A DNA stretch of 64,000 nucleotides from positions 17,484-81,483 of the forward strand of contig DEIN01000012.1 of the NCBI GenBank assembly GCA_002352465.1. The letters run 5' to 3'. The notes under the pieces were generated by a model. That model was not told the origin of the DNA. It saw only the letters and a program-made list of their open reading frames with translations, and made no database searches. Position numbers and translations under genes: made by a program. This document shows, one piece after another, positions 19,680 through 30,182 of the stretch (position 1 is its first letter; each line of letters begins with the position of its first letter). The DNA comes from Patescibacteria group bacterium UBA2773. Lineage in GTDB: Bacteria; Patescibacteriota; Minisyncoccia; Moranbacterales; DUUL01.

Positions 19680-21221
19680 TTATCTAGCGTATTCTACTGA
19701 CCTCACCTCTCGTAAAACATTAACTTTTATTTCACCGGGATAATTCAAATCGTCTTCAATTTTGGTGGCAATCTGCTTGGCTAATTTCAAAGACTTTAAA
19801 TCGTCAACTTTTTCTGGATTAACAAAAACTCGAATTTCTCGTCCAGCCTGAATTGCATAACATTTTTCAATTTCGCTAAAAGACATCACTAAAGCTTCTA
19901 GTTCTTCCAACCGCTTAAGATATTTTTCCAAAGTATCCTTTCGAGCTCCTGGCCTAGAAGCGCTTAAAGCGTCTGCAGCCGCTACTAACAAGCCAATTCC
20001 ATCTTTAAAAGGATAATCCTCATGATGCGACTTCATTGCGTCTATTACTTCTTCTGGTTGATTAAACTTCTTTAAAATATTAATCCCCAATTCCACGTGA
20101 GTTCCTTTAATTTCATGGTCGACTGCTTTTCCAATGTCATGAAATAATCCAGCCTTTTTCGCTAAATTAACATCTAATCCTAATTCACCTGCTAAAGCAC
20201 CTGCCAAATGAGCCACTTCCAAAGAATGCAACAAAACATTTTGACCATAACTCGTTCGATATCTAAGCTTTCCCAAAAGATGCATCAAACTAGAATCAAC
20301 CCCAGTTAAACCAACATCATAAACCGCAGCTTCTCCAGCTTCTTTGATTTTTTTATTAATTTCACTTTTAGCCTTTTCAACCGCTTCTTCAATTTTAGTT
20401 GGATGAATTCGACCATCTTTAATCAAAAAATTAATTGCGTTCTTGGCAATTTCTCTTCGCATTGGATCAAAACTAGAAATCACAATCACTTCCGGAGTAT
20501 CATCCACGATAATTTCCGCTCCAATCAAATTTTCTAAAGCTTTAATATTTCGTCCTTCTCTTCCAATTATTCGACCCTTAACTTCATCACTCGGAATACT
20601 CAAGGTTGTCGCAGTGGTATCAACTACCTGAGAACCTGCGTAACGTTGCATTACCTCAGTCATAATATTTTTGGCTTCTTCTTCAATTTGGTCTCTTTTG
20701 GAACCTTCTAGTTTCGAAAGCGCCTTAACTATTTCATCTTTATTCTCTTTTTCAGCAATTTTTAAAAGTTCTTTCTTAGCTTCTTCTTTTTTTAATTTAG
20801 CAATTTTTTCCAATTCCTTTTCTCGCTGTTTTTTAATTTCCAAAATACCTTCTCTAATTTTACCAACTTCTTGGGCTTTCTGTTTAATGTGATTTTTCTC
20901 TTTTTCTAGTTGAGAACGTTGATTATCTAAATTTTTCTCTTTGTGATTAAGACGTTGCTCTGCTTGTCTCAAATCCTCTCTCCTGCTTTTTTCTTCTTTT
21001 TTCACTTCCTCTAAACCTTTAACTGCTTTATCTTTGGCGTCCAAAAGCAACTCTCTTGATTTGTTTTTGGCTTCTTCTAATTTTTTTTCTACTTTTGATT
21101 CAGCCGTATCAAGCTGATAACGAGCATAAAACTTTCTAGTCAAAAAACCAGCGCTTGATCCAAATGCAAAGGTTAATATTCCAATTAATAATGGACTCAT
21201 AATGCTAATAAAACCAAACAC
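19680..21221 (-). CDS. rny: Ribonuclease Y
   Basis: N-terminal TM anchor, long coiled coil, KH domain (IIGREGRNIKALE) and HD domain (HSLEVAHLAG...FHDIGK). Confidence 0.9.
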   Translation of the reverse strand: MFGFISIMSPLLIGILTFAFGSSAGFLTRKFYARYQLDTAESKVEKKLEEAKNKSRELLLDAKDKAVKGLEEVKKEEKSRREDLRQAEQRLNHKEKNLDNQRSQLEKEKNHIKQKAQEVGKIREGILEIKKQREKELEKIAKLKKEEAKKELLKIAEKENKDEIVKALSKLEGSKRDQIEEEAKNIMTEVMQRYAGSQVVDTTATTLSIPSDEVKGRIIGREGRNIKALENLIGAEIIVDDTPEVIVISSFDPMRREIAKNAINFLIKDGRIHPTKIEEAVEKAKSEINKKIKEAGEAAVYDVGLTGVDSSLMHLLGKLRYRTSYGQNVLLHSLEVAHLAGALAGELGLDVNLAKKAGLFHDIGKAVDHEIKGTHVELGINILKKFNQPEEVIDAMKSHHEDYPFKDGIGLLVAAADALSASRPGARKDTLEKYLKRLEELEALVMSFSEIEKCYAIQAGREIRVFVNPEKVDDLKSLKLAKQIATKIEDDLNYPGEIKVNVLREVRSVEYAR

Positions 21222-21444
21222 CCCAAAATAAGACTCTGGTTACTTTTTTCAAAATTATTTTTTATTCTTCTGAATAATTTTATTATATAAAGTCATTTTA
21301 TTTTTTTGCGATAATTGGTTTTTTAAAAAATTATTTTAAAAAACATCTTCATTAAACAACCTTTAAACGAAAATCTTCAATCAATCAAATTTTTATTCTA
21401 CTTAAAAACTAACCCTGGAATTAAATATTACTAAAAACACATAA

Positions 21445-21933
21445 CTATTTTTTGGGTTCTGTGTTTTTTTCTTTATTTAACTTTTTATTTTCAGAAGAAT
21501 CATTCTTAAGCGGTTCTCCTAGTTCTCGATAAACTGTACCTAAAACACCATTAATAAATTTTCCGGAACTCTCTCCTCCGTAAGCCTTCGCTAATTCTAT
21601 CGCCTCATTAATTGCCACTTTTGGAGGAACTTCATCATAATTACCAAACATTAATTCATATACACCAAGTCTAAGAACGTTTCGATCCACAATTGTTATT
21701 TGCTCCAAAGGCCACTCGGGAGCACATTTTTCAATAATAGGATCGATAGTTTCTTTTTTTTTCAAAACACCCTCTATTAGTTTTTGAACAAATTCATCGC
21801 CAGACATTTTTGGAGCAAACTCCTTGACGTTATCATCAATAATTTCATTTACATCTCGTTTTTTTTGTTCATTAAAATCCCACTCATATAAGCTTTTTAG
21901 GACAATTGATCTGGCTAAATGACGATTTCCCAT
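21445..21933 (-). CDS. nusB: Transcription antitermination factor NusB
   Basis: [21 protein letters not shown]-terminus and NusB length with Lys-rich C-terminal tail. Confidence 0.85.
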   Translation of the reverse strand: MGNRHLARSIVLKSLYEWDFNEQKKRDVNEIIDDNVKEFAPKMSGDEFVQKLIEGVLKKKETIDPIIEKCAPEWPLEQITIVDRNVLRLGVYELMFGNYDEVPPKVAINEAIELAKAYGGESSGKFINGVLGTVYRELGEPLKNDSSENKKLNKEKNTEPKK

Positions 21934-21945
21934 TTCAAAAATTGA

Positions 21946-22149
21946 CTATTTAGTTTTATTCTTTTTTAAATCAGTTCCTTTAATTACTTGTTCTCCTTTG
22001 TAAAAACCACAATGTGAACAAGCGTGATGAGGTAAAGAAGGCATTCCGCAATTGGAACACTTTACTACTAACTTTGTTTCTAATTTTTTTTGACCTCCTC
22101 TTCTTCTATCTCTCCGACTTTTGGTTTGTCGTTGCTTTGGTACAGCCAT
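21946..22149 (-). CDS. rpmF: 50S ribosomal protein L32
   Basis: MAVPKQRQTKSRRDRRR...C..CG.....H..C..CGFY; the true start is the internal Met (MAVPK) of the 73-aa ORF. Confidence 0.8.
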   Translation of the reverse strand: MAVPKQRQTKSRRDRRRGGQKKLETKLVVKCSNCGMPSLPHHACSHCGFYKGEQVIKGTDLKKNKTK

Positions 22150-22377
22150 AATACAGATTAATAACAATAAAATTCTTGAATATTTTTGACGAAAATCTTT
22201 TAATTCAGATTAGATCGCTCTCTCAGTCAAATAATAACTCAGAACAATTTATAATATAACAGAAAAAATATTTTTATGCAATAGGTAGGAGTTTTAAGGT
22301 TTTTAAATTTACAAAACTAATTTAAAAAACTATACTAATAACAGAATTATTCACAAATAAATCAATCTTTAACTATA

Positions 22378-23157
22378 ATGCAAATTTCAATTATCTTAGT
22401 CAATTTTAAAAGTCAAATTTTCCTCAAGAACTGCTTAAGATCAGTTAGTCAAAAACTCAAAAAAACTGCTTTGACTAAAAATTTTGAAGTTATTATTGTT
22501 AATAATGAACTAAAACCTCTAAAATTAAGGTTTTCTTTTGATTTAAAAATAAAAATTATCGAAAATCGAAAAAACCTAGGATTTGGAAATGCTTGTAATA
22601 TTGGGGCAAAAAACGCCAAAGGAGAATATCTTTTTTTTCTAAATCCCGATACCGAGCTTTTAATTACTAATTTTTCTTCTATTATAGAAAAATTTAAAAA
22701 AAATTCTCAACTAGGAATAATTGGAACTCAGATAATAGACAAAAACAGAAAAGCCTCTCAACCCTGGACTTGTGGTAAAAAAACTTCTTTTTTAAAAATT
22801 TTATTTAAAAATTCTATTAATCAACCCTGGAATAAAAAATTTCCAGTAGTAGTTGACTGGGTTTCTGGAACTTCTTTTTTTATTAGAAAAAAAGATTTTA
22901 AACAGCTTGGAGGTTTTGACGAAAAATTTTTTATGTATTTTGAAGATCAAGATTTATGCCTTAGAATTAAACAATTAAATAAACATTGTTTGTTTTATCC
23001 CTATTTTTCAGTCTTACATCACGATGGCAAAAGTTGGCCCAATAATGATCAAAAAAAACTTCACTACTATCAATCTCAAGATTATTTTTTCAAAAAACAT
23101 TTCGGTCGATTGAATCAATTAGCATTGCTTTTCAGTAAAAAATTATTAAACAAATGA
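22378..23157 (+). CDS. Family 2 glycosyltransferase
   Basis: GT2 hallmarks: ISIILVNFKS..., IIVNN, NPDTEL (DxD-like), FFIRKKDF; 259 aa. Confidence 0.7.
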   Translation: MQISIILVNFKSQIFLKNCLRSVSQKLKKTALTKNFEVIIVNNELKPLKLRFSFDLKIKIIENRKNLGFGNACNIGAKNAKGEYLFFLNPDTELLITNFSSIIEKFKKNSQLGIIGTQIIDKNRKASQPWTCGKKTSFLKILFKNSINQPWNKKFPVVVDWVSGTSFFIRKKDFKQLGGFDEKFFMYFEDQDLCLRIKQLNKHCLFYPYFSVLHHDGKSWPNNDQKKLHYYQSQDYFFKKHFGRLNQLALLFSKKLLNK

Positions 23158-24389
23158 TTACTAAACGTAAATTTTCAAAAACTGAACTAGCTTTATTTTT
23201 TTTAATCGGACTTATCCCGTTTAGTTTTGCTTTAAACCCGACTTTAACTATTGATTTAGCACTAATTAGGATTCTTATTCCAATTTTTTTCCTAAGCTGG
23301 TTATTTAGTAGTCTTTTTAAAAAAAGATTAATCATTGATTCTCGCTTTAGAGCTTGGCTTTTGATTTTTATTTTTTTACTAGCTATTTGTTCTTTATTTT
23401 GGGCGCCAAACTCTAGCAAAGCTTGGCGAAAAATCTTGTTTTTAGGCTCAATTTTTCCTTTTTATTGGATAATTTTTCCATTTTTAAAGAAAAAAACTAA
23501 TTTAAATTTAGTTTTAAAAATAATCTTTGGAACCGCCTTTGTCTCAGCCTTAATTGGATTATTTCAATTTTTTTCTCAATTTATTTTTGGAATAGATACC
23601 GTTTTTCAAGTTCAAGCCCACTTAACGCCCTTGTTTTTAGGCAAAAATTTTTCAAAAGTAGTTTTGGAATATAACAGCTGGCTAGTTAACATCAACGGAA
23701 AAACAGTTTTTAGAGCGCTTGGACTATTTCCCGACCCCCATCTTTTTAGTTTATTTTTAAACCTTTCGATCCCAATCGGTTTTTATTTGTTTTCCAAAAA
23801 TAAACAGTTTTTCTCTTTAATTGGAACACTCATTATTCTACTATCCAGCTTATTAACTTTTTCTCGAGCCGGTTATTTAAGTTTAATTTTGGCTTTTGCT
23901 TTCTTTTGGTTATTTCATTTAAACAAAAAAAGTTTTTGGAATATTTTATTAATTTTAATTTTTAGTTTATTTCTACTCATCCCCAATCCAATTAATCAAC
24001 GATTTTTTTCTATTTTTAATTTTCAAGATGGCTCAGTTTCCGAGCGACTAATTTTGTGGAAAACTGGATTAAAAGTGACCCAGAATAATTTTTGGACCGG
24101 TGTCGGAATTGGTAATTTATCAGAAGAACTTAGACCTCTTTCTAATCAAAGAATTCCGATTTATGCTCATAATCTATTTTTAGATTTTTCAACTGAACTT
24201 GGATTTTTTGGAGGGTTAGCTATTTTTCTAATTATAATTTCACCAATTATGGCTTTTTTCAGACAATCCACTCCTCAAAAAAATTTAATAGCGACAATTT
24301 TTATAATTATTTTGACTAATTCAATGTTTGAAACACCCTTTTATTCCGTTCAAATTCTCCCTTTAATTCTAATTCTGTTAGCAATATGA
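23154..24389 (+). CDS. O-antigen ligase/polymerase-like (Wzy_C-type) polytopic membrane protein
   Basis: At least 10 TM helices; periplasmic loop with conserved Arg/His (FSRAGYL...AHNLFLDF); 4-bp overlap with the GT2 gene. Confidence 0.55.
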   Translation: MITKRKFSKTELALFFLIGLIPFSFALNPTLTIDLALIRILIPIFFLSWLFSSLFKKRLIIDSRFRAWLLIFIFLLAICSLFWAPNSSKAWRKILFLGSIFPFYWIIFPFLKKKTNLNLVLKIIFGTAFVSALIGLFQFFSQFIFGIDTVFQVQAHLTPLFLGKNFSKVVLEYNSWLVNINGKTVFRALGLFPDPHLFSLFLNLSIPIGFYLFSKNKQFFSLIGTLIILLSSLLTFSRAGYLSLILAFAFFWLFHLNKKSFWNILLILIFSLFLLIPNPINQRFFSIFNFQDGSVSERLILWKTGLKVTQNNFWTGVGIGNLSEELRPLSNQRIPIYAHNLFLDFSTELGFFGGLAIFLIIISPIMAFFRQSTPQKNLIATIFIIILTNSMFETPFYSVQILPLILILLAI

Positions 24390-25549
24390 TTAAAAAAATA
24401 TTTTCAAAAATCATCTTGCTCCCTTTTTTAATTCCAATAATCTATCGGATTAAATTTCCGATTAAAAACTTTGGGAATATTAATTTATTAGATTTAGTTT
24501 TGTTATTATCAATAGTATTCGGATTAATCTTAATTTATCAAGAAAAAAATTGGCAAAATTTTAAAAAATATCTTTCCACCAACAAATTAATAACAACAAC
24601 TAGTTTCTTTTTATTTTTTGGATTATTTTCTTTAGCTATAAATTTTGAAACTAATGGTCTTGAAAACTTGAGTCTTTTTAAAAGTTATTTTATTTTACCT
24701 ATTTTTTTCGCAATAATTATTAGTTATTTTTTAAAAACAAATAAACTTAGCCACTGGTCATTTTTTTACTGCTATCTCATTTATTCCTCAACTCTCGCCT
24801 TTTTGACTATTGTTTTTCGATTAATCAACCAGCAAACTTACGATGGACGAATTCAATTATTTTTCGATTCACCCAATCAACTAGCCATCGCTCTCTCCTT
24901 AGGAATAATTTCCGGAGCTATTGTTTTTTTTCACAAAAATTCTAAAAAAGGCCTCTTTGTAATCTTACTAATATTATTAACCGCCCTATTATTAACAAAA
25001 TCCGCTGGAGCAACTCTAGCCGTTGTTTTGACTCTTCTTTTTATTTATAGCAAAAAAATCGCCTTAAAATCAAACTTTTTTTTAAAAATTATTATTTTTT
25101 TATCACTATTTTTAATTGGAATATCCTTTTTTCTTTCTCCTTTCTTGACCAAAATTGATTACAATCCATTTTTAAACCGAAATTCTCTAGACTCTCGTTT
25201 AGTAATTCAACTTTCTACTCAAAAAATTATCTCCGCTAATTTTTTAACTGGCATTGGATTAGCTAATTTTCAAACTAAATATCTCGAAAAACAAACCGAT
25301 TTTCCACCCTATCCTCAATGGGCTGTTCCTCATTCTCATAATTTATTCACTCAAATTTGGTTATCTTTCGGTTTCTTCGGTTTTTTAATTTGGCTTTATT
25401 TATTGTTCCAAAAAACAACTTTCTCTAAAAATCTTCCGAGCAAAATAACTCTTTATTTTCTTTTATATTTTTTAATTCACGGCCTAGTCGACGTTCCCAT
25501 CTGGAGCAATGACCAAGCCTTATTTTTCTGGTTTATATTTTTTCTATAG
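24386..25549 (+). CDS. O-antigen ligase/polymerase-like (Wzy_C-type) polytopic membrane protein, paralog of the preceding gene
   Basis: At least 10 TM helices; AVPHSHNLFTQIW motif typical of the Wzy_C/WaaL/PglL family. Confidence 0.6.
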   Translation: MIKKIFSKIILLPFLIPIIYRIKFPIKNFGNINLLDLVLLLSIVFGLILIYQEKNWQNFKKYLSTNKLITTTSFFLFFGLFSLAINFETNGLENLSLFKSYFILPIFFAIIISYFLKTNKLSHWSFFYCYLIYSSTLAFLTIVFRLINQQTYDGRIQLFFDSPNQLAIALSLGIISGAIVFFHKNSKKGLFVILLILLTALLLTKSAGATLAVVLTLLFIYSKKIALKSNFFLKIIIFLSLFLIGISFFLSPFLTKIDYNPFLNRNSLDSRLVIQLSTQKIISANFLTGIGLANFQTKYLEKQTDFPPYPQWAVPHSHNLFTQIWLSFGFFGFLIWLYLLFQKTTFSKNLPSKITLYFLLYFLIHGLVDVPIWSNDQALFFWFIFFL

Positions 25550-26656
25550 AGGCCTTTTAATCAAACTTCCTGAAATTTTATCAATAAAAACTAGTTTTTC
25601 TTTGGTTAATATTAAATTAAAAGCATCTACTGGAGGATATTTTTCCAAATCAGTAAATATTTTTTCTTTTTTATTTTCATTCAAATCAATTTTCCAAAAA
25701 ATATCTCGAGAAACAAATTTATCTGAATACCAATCTTCTAATTTAAATTCCTTAAGCACCTCGCTAGTCAAAACCGCACAATACAAAAAGTCAGCCTCTT
25801 CTGACCAAACACATTTTTGAGCCACACTTGGCACGCCAAGTTCAAACTGCTTTTTTTGTAATAAATCATAATATCCTAGTTGAACTCTTTTCGACGCAAC
25901 CGAATGATCATAAAAAGAAAATAAAATTTTATCTCCATCCGGTGACCATAAAACATCAATAATATCTTTTTCGACTATTTTATTATTTGCCTTTTGATCA
26001 ATTAAATTAGTTAAAAAAATGCCACTCTGTTCCTTGTTGGCTTGCCTAGAAAAATAAGCAACTAAATCTTCTTGCGGATTAACCGCTAAATCAAGATTCT
26101 CTCTTTTTATTTTTCTAACCAATCTCCAATTTTTACCTTCCAAATCTGAAATGTTTAATTCAAAAAATCCGTTCTCGGAAAATAAATAAATCAGACCATC
26201 TCCCAAGGAATTAAACCTAACTTGCTTTATCTTTTTTTCTAACTTAATATTTTGTTTTTTTTCAAGATTATAAACATTAAAATCATCCCCAGCTCTGACT
26301 AAACAAAAACTCCCAGTTTTTGAAAATTGAGCCGTCTTAAAATCATTAAAAGGATAAGAACCTAAATTATTCTTATAAGAACCATTTAAGTCTGTTTCTA
26401 AAAAATTATTTTGATTATAATAAATAATTTTATTAGCTTCTTTTCTAAAAGCCATTTTAATTTCCCCCCTTGCAATAATATCTTCTATTAGTAATTTTTC
26501 TTTCTCTGCTTTATCAACTAAAACTTCCCTTGGAGAATCATTTTTAATTACAATTTTTTCTGATTTCAAAAATAAATCAATTAATTGAATTTTAAAATAC
26601 CACAAAAAAAAGATAGCACAAAGAATACCTGAAATTATTCCAATTTTTTTAATCAT
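25544..26656 (-). CDS. N-terminally anchored periplasmic/extracellular beta-propeller-like protein (TolB/WD40-like, hypothetical)
   Basis: Single N-terminal TM helix; repeated beta-strand-rich segments (DVLWSPDGDKILFSF); last gene of the T4SS-like block. Confidence 0.35.
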   Translation of the reverse strand: MIKKIGIISGILCAIFFLWYFKIQLIDLFLKSEKIVIKNDSPREVLVDKAEKEKLLIEDIIARGEIKMAFRKEANKIIYYNQNNFLETDLNGSYKNNLGSYPFNDFKTAQFSKTGSFCLVRAGDDFNVYNLEKKQNIKLEKKIKQVRFNSLGDGLIYLFSENGFFELNISDLEGKNWRLVRKIKRENLDLAVNPQEDLVAYFSRQANKEQSGIFLTNLIDQKANNKIVEKDIIDVLWSPDGDKILFSFYDHSVASKRVQLGYYDLLQKKQFELGVPSVAQKCVWSEEADFLYCAVLTSEVLKEFKLEDWYSDKFVSRDIFWKIDLNENKKEKIFTDLEKYPPVDAFNLILTKEKLVFIDKISGSLIKRPL

Positions 26657-29501
26657 TTCTTTTTAAATTAATTTCCCGACTAAACCAATAATTAAAACCA
26701 AAAATAAAAAACCAGAAAAGAATAAAAACAATCGCAGTTCTTATTATAAAAACAAAATATTCGGGAGCGTTTGTCAAAGTTGAAGCCATAAACCTTTGGA
26801 TTGAATTACCTTTAACCACAACTCCCATTGAATCAATGTTAGTTTTCTTAATTGTAATAATTTTTTTACTTTCTAAATTTTTAAAATCTTTAACATTCCA
26901 ATTATCACTTAAAACAATTTGTTCTTCTATTGAAAATTCCTTAATAACCTCTACTAATAAATTAATTGTCTCACCTTCTTTTCCTGTTACTTTAAATTCA
27001 ATATTTTGACCATTTAAGGCTATTCCATAATCACTATTAGCACTAATGAATTCAGTATCGACTTTTTGACCATTTATGAACCAATTTAAAGAAATATTAT
27101 TTTGCTCTAAGTTATTATTTAAATAGCTTGGCACAAAATCTGCTTTAAAAGAGATAATTTCCCCAATTTTTCCAACAAAAACACTATCAGACTGACTACC
27201 AACAGAAGAACCGTCGTCCACTACCCAAGGCCAAGCCTTATTATAATCATTACTAACAATTCTCGCCATTGGTTCAACTACCGAAAGTAATCTCTCGCTA
27301 GTCACTTCTCCTCCTTCTTTCTTTTTAACTTTTGAAGAAACCCTTTGCAACTCAATTCCACTGTTTGACATTAGTAAATAAACAGTCTCTCCTAAATCAC
27401 AACCACCATTTCGAAAAGAGCAAATATTTGATCCTGATAAAGGAGCCATTATTTTTTGGCCATTTAATTCCCAAGAATAAGCTTCCGCTTTAGTTATTCC
27501 ATTTAAATCAACTTCAACATCTGATTGAACTGCAATTATTTGACCTGGATAAACTGGACAAATCTGACTATAAACCCCGCTCACACAAATTTCGTCCGAA
27601 GCTGGATCAAAACCATATTCTCCAGTAGCTTGCTGAGAAACTTTAAAAAATCTAATCGCATTATCGTTAACCACCACTGGAATATCCACACTAGAAATTC
27701 CAACCATTGAGTCATTTTTACTTTTTCTAGTTTTCAAAAAAACTTTTAAATAAAAATTATCAGAAGCCCCTTTTTTTATTAAAAAATTATCATCCAATTT
27801 AAACCTTATACTACTAATCCCAATCCCTTCGGCATATGAATTAGACTCAATTCTTTCAGCGCATTTTCCTAAAATATCTCCATCCCCGCAACTTAAAGGG
27901 GTAATCCTATTGTCAAGATTCGAAGTACAGGTGTCTAATTCTCCGTTTCCACAATAATAAATGTCCCAATCATAATAAATAAAATCATCTGCTATTCCAC
28001 TTTGAACAAAATTAGCATTAACTGTAATATAATCTGAATAATCATTGTTATCAACATTAAACTGAGGCGCTAAAGGAGTAAAATTTAATTTACTTTCCAA
28101 TAAACTTACTCCCTGCTCAAAAACATTTTTACTCGCCAAGTAAGTAAAACCATAATCAGAATTTCTATCGCATTCATCCTTTTTAGCTAAATCTTTTTTG
28201 CTTCCACCTTCAACTTCTTCTTTATCACAAGAATCTAAACCAGCCCAAAGAATTTTATAATAAGGGTTTAATGCTGTTTCTCTTTCAATGCCAACGACTT
28301 CTTCGGTCACCGGATAAGAAACACTTCCAGTAGAATTGGTTTCCGATGTAGAATCAGTACTAATACTGCCAGTACTATAAGCACCCTCAGTTCCATCATC
28401 ATTCACACTAACACCCCCATTCAAGCTAGCACTCCCGCCACTAGTCACAGTATCTGCAGTTTCTGATAAAACACCACTGGTATTTATAGATTGGCTTGTA
28501 ATGGAAGTACTAGCATTACCTTCACCTTCATTAATAACTACCAAGGAAGTTCCTTCTATTACAACCCCTACTCGATCGCCTGGGTTAAAAGTCCAAGTAA
28601 ATTGAGTTTGTCCCAAACCAGCTAAATCCTCTTCATCTTTAAAACCATCTCCATCAGTATCAGAACTATTGGGATTCAATCTCCAACAAGCCTCTTCATT
28701 AGTAGTAAATTCACCATCTCCCACTTCATGCCCACTCTTACATTCTATTATTACATTAGGATTAGCTGGATTCTCAAATGTTTCCCCCTTATTAGCTTCA
28801 GCAAATTTATGTTCGCATTCAATAATTAAATCTCCGCCCGGATGAGTAAGCTCATACTCTTCTGGGTCAGAAACCCCAAAATTATGTCTGTAACATCTAG
28901 AAATTTTATCAGTATCAACTATTTGTTTAGCCACGGGAGTAAGATAATGTTCAGATTCATAATCACCCTCTCCTCTTGGGATACCCCTTCGTCCACCCAC
29001 ACCATCATCCCCACCAAAAGAAGCATCATAGCCATCTTTGTCTGGATCAACATTACTATCAGAATAATCTATTTCGAACAAGGCTGGATCAAAATCTCCT
29101 CGAGCCACGATTCCCATTGCTCTTCTCTTTGCATTTTCCATTGCTTCGTCATCCTTTAAATCATCATCTGCTCGAAAAAGAAACCAGGTATAATACAAAT
29201 CATCACTAGCGTTTTTAAAATATTTAGGCATTGCAGTAGCCACCACTTTCTCCCCCCTTTTAGGAGCAGTTTTATCAAAAAATACTTCGGTTGTCGGATA
29301 ATTCGATTTTACTTGAGCTTTTCTTAAAAAATCCTTATCAAAACCATATTGATTTTCCACTTTATTCATAACTTCCTCAATTGACGGAACCTTAATACTA
29401 CTACCACCGAAAGCCTGAACACCTCCAACTAGATTCCAAAAAAGAAGATTTAAGATTATAAATGAATATAAAATTCTTGTTTTTATGGTATATTTTTTCA
29501 T
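26649..29501 (-). CDS. Large (950 aa) cell-surface protein: signal peptide, Asp-rich Ca-binding-like motifs, Ser/Thr-rich linker, C-terminal TM anchor
   Basis: N-terminal signal peptide; DTDGDGFKDEED thrombospondin-type-3-like motif; about 90-aa S/T/G-rich low-complexity stretch; C-terminal hydrophobic anchor followed by a basic tail. Confidence 0.5.
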   Translation of the reverse strand: MKKYTIKTRILYSFIILNLLFWNLVGGVQAFGGSSIKVPSIEEVMNKVENQYGFDKDFLRKAQVKSNYPTTEVFFDKTAPKRGEKVVATAMPKYFKNASDDLYYTWFLFRADDDLKDDEAMENAKRRAMGIVARGDFDPALFEIDYSDSNVDPDKDGYDASFGGDDGVGGRRGIPRGEGDYESEHYLTPVAKQIVDTDKISRCYRHNFGVSDPEEYELTHPGGDLIIECEHKFAEANKGETFENPANPNVIIECKSGHEVGDGEFTTNEEACWRLNPNSSDTDGDGFKDEEDLAGLGQTQFTWTFNPGDRVGVVIEGTSLVVINEGEGNASTSITSQSINTSGVLSETADTVTSGGSASLNGGVSVNDDGTEGAYSTGSISTDSTSETNSTGSVSYPVTEEVVGIERETALNPYYKILWAGLDSCDKEEVEGGSKKDLAKKDECDRNSDYGFTYLASKNVFEQGVSLLESKLNFTPLAPQFNVDNNDYSDYITVNANFVQSGIADDFIYYDWDIYYCGNGELDTCTSNLDNRITPLSCGDGDILGKCAERIESNSYAEGIGISSIRFKLDDNFLIKKGASDNFYLKVFLKTRKSKNDSMVGISSVDIPVVVNDNAIRFFKVSQQATGEYGFDPASDEICVSGVYSQICPVYPGQIIAVQSDVEVDLNGITKAEAYSWELNGQKIMAPLSGSNICSFRNGGCDLGETVYLLMSNSGIELQRVSSKVKKKEGGEVTSERLLSVVEPMARIVSNDYNKAWPWVVDDGSSVGSQSDSVFVGKIGEIISFKADFVPSYLNNNLEQNNISLNWFINGQKVDTEFISANSDYGIALNGQNIEFKVTGKEGETINLLVEVIKEFSIEEQIVLSDNWNVKDFKNLESKKIITIKKTNIDSMGVVVKGNSIQRFMASTLTNAPEYFVFIIRTAIVFILFWFFIFGFNYWFSREINLKRND

Positions 29502-29509
29502 AAAAATAA

Positions 29510-30178
29510 TTAAAGTTTAATATTTTGAATTTTATATAAAATTACTCCATCTAAAAGTAAAATTAAAATCCAACGAGTAAAAAAGGAATACCAAATTGAT
29601 TTTGTTTGTAGATAAAACCAACCTAAAAAAAGAGCTAGTATGTAATTAAATAAAATAAATTGCCAATTGAATATTTCAAAAAATAATATTTCGAAACCGA
29701 CAAATAAACTCGCCTGAACAATTAAAACCGCTTTATTGGATAAAATTATCGCCAATCGGTTGATTAAAAAATTTCGAAAGAAAAATTCTTGAGAAACTAA
29801 AATTATCGGCAATAAGACTAAGTCAATAAAAAATATTGCCCACCAATCATTCAAAAACCAATCCATTCTAGATAAATAATTTAATTTTAAAAATGGTAAA
29901 AAATTTATTGTTAAAACTAAAATCAAAACCAAAATTTGCACCCCCAAAATTTGCAAACAAATCTTACAATTAATTTTTGATAATACTAGCTGATCTTTTA
30001 GTCCTTGTTTTAAAATAATAATCGGAAAAACCAAAAAAAATAGCACATTTAAAAACACTGTTTCCCAAACCCCATCAGTCGTTAAATTATTTAACAAAAA
30101 CCAAAAACCTAAATAGATTGAAAAGACTTCTGTTAAAGTTATTGGCAAATTTTGAATTTTTGATAAATTTTTAAACAT
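29510..30178 (-). CDS. Polytopic membrane protein (hypothetical)
   Basis: About 6 TM helices; contains QEFFFR, reminiscent of the CPBP EExxxR motif, but the protein has no histidine at all. Confidence 0.35.
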   Translation of the reverse strand: MFKNLSKIQNLPITLTEVFSIYLGFWFLLNNLTTDGVWETVFLNVLFFLVFPIIILKQGLKDQLVLSKINCKICLQILGVQILVLILVLTINFLPFLKLNYLSRMDWFLNDWWAIFFIDLVLLPIILVSQEFFFRNFLINRLAIILSNKAVLIVQASLFVGFEILFFEIFNWQFILFNYILALFLGWFYLQTKSIWYSFFTRWILILLLDGVILYKIQNIKL

Positions 30179-30182
30179 TTTT

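Noticed and set aside
29510-30178. CPBP/CAAX-type intramembrane protease (Abi family) call for the 222-aa membrane protein, based on a QEFFFR motif
   Set aside because: Only one Glu of the EExxxR motif is present and the protein contains no histidine at all, so the FxxxH/HxxxN catalytic motifs are absent. It is kept as a generic polytopic membrane protein.
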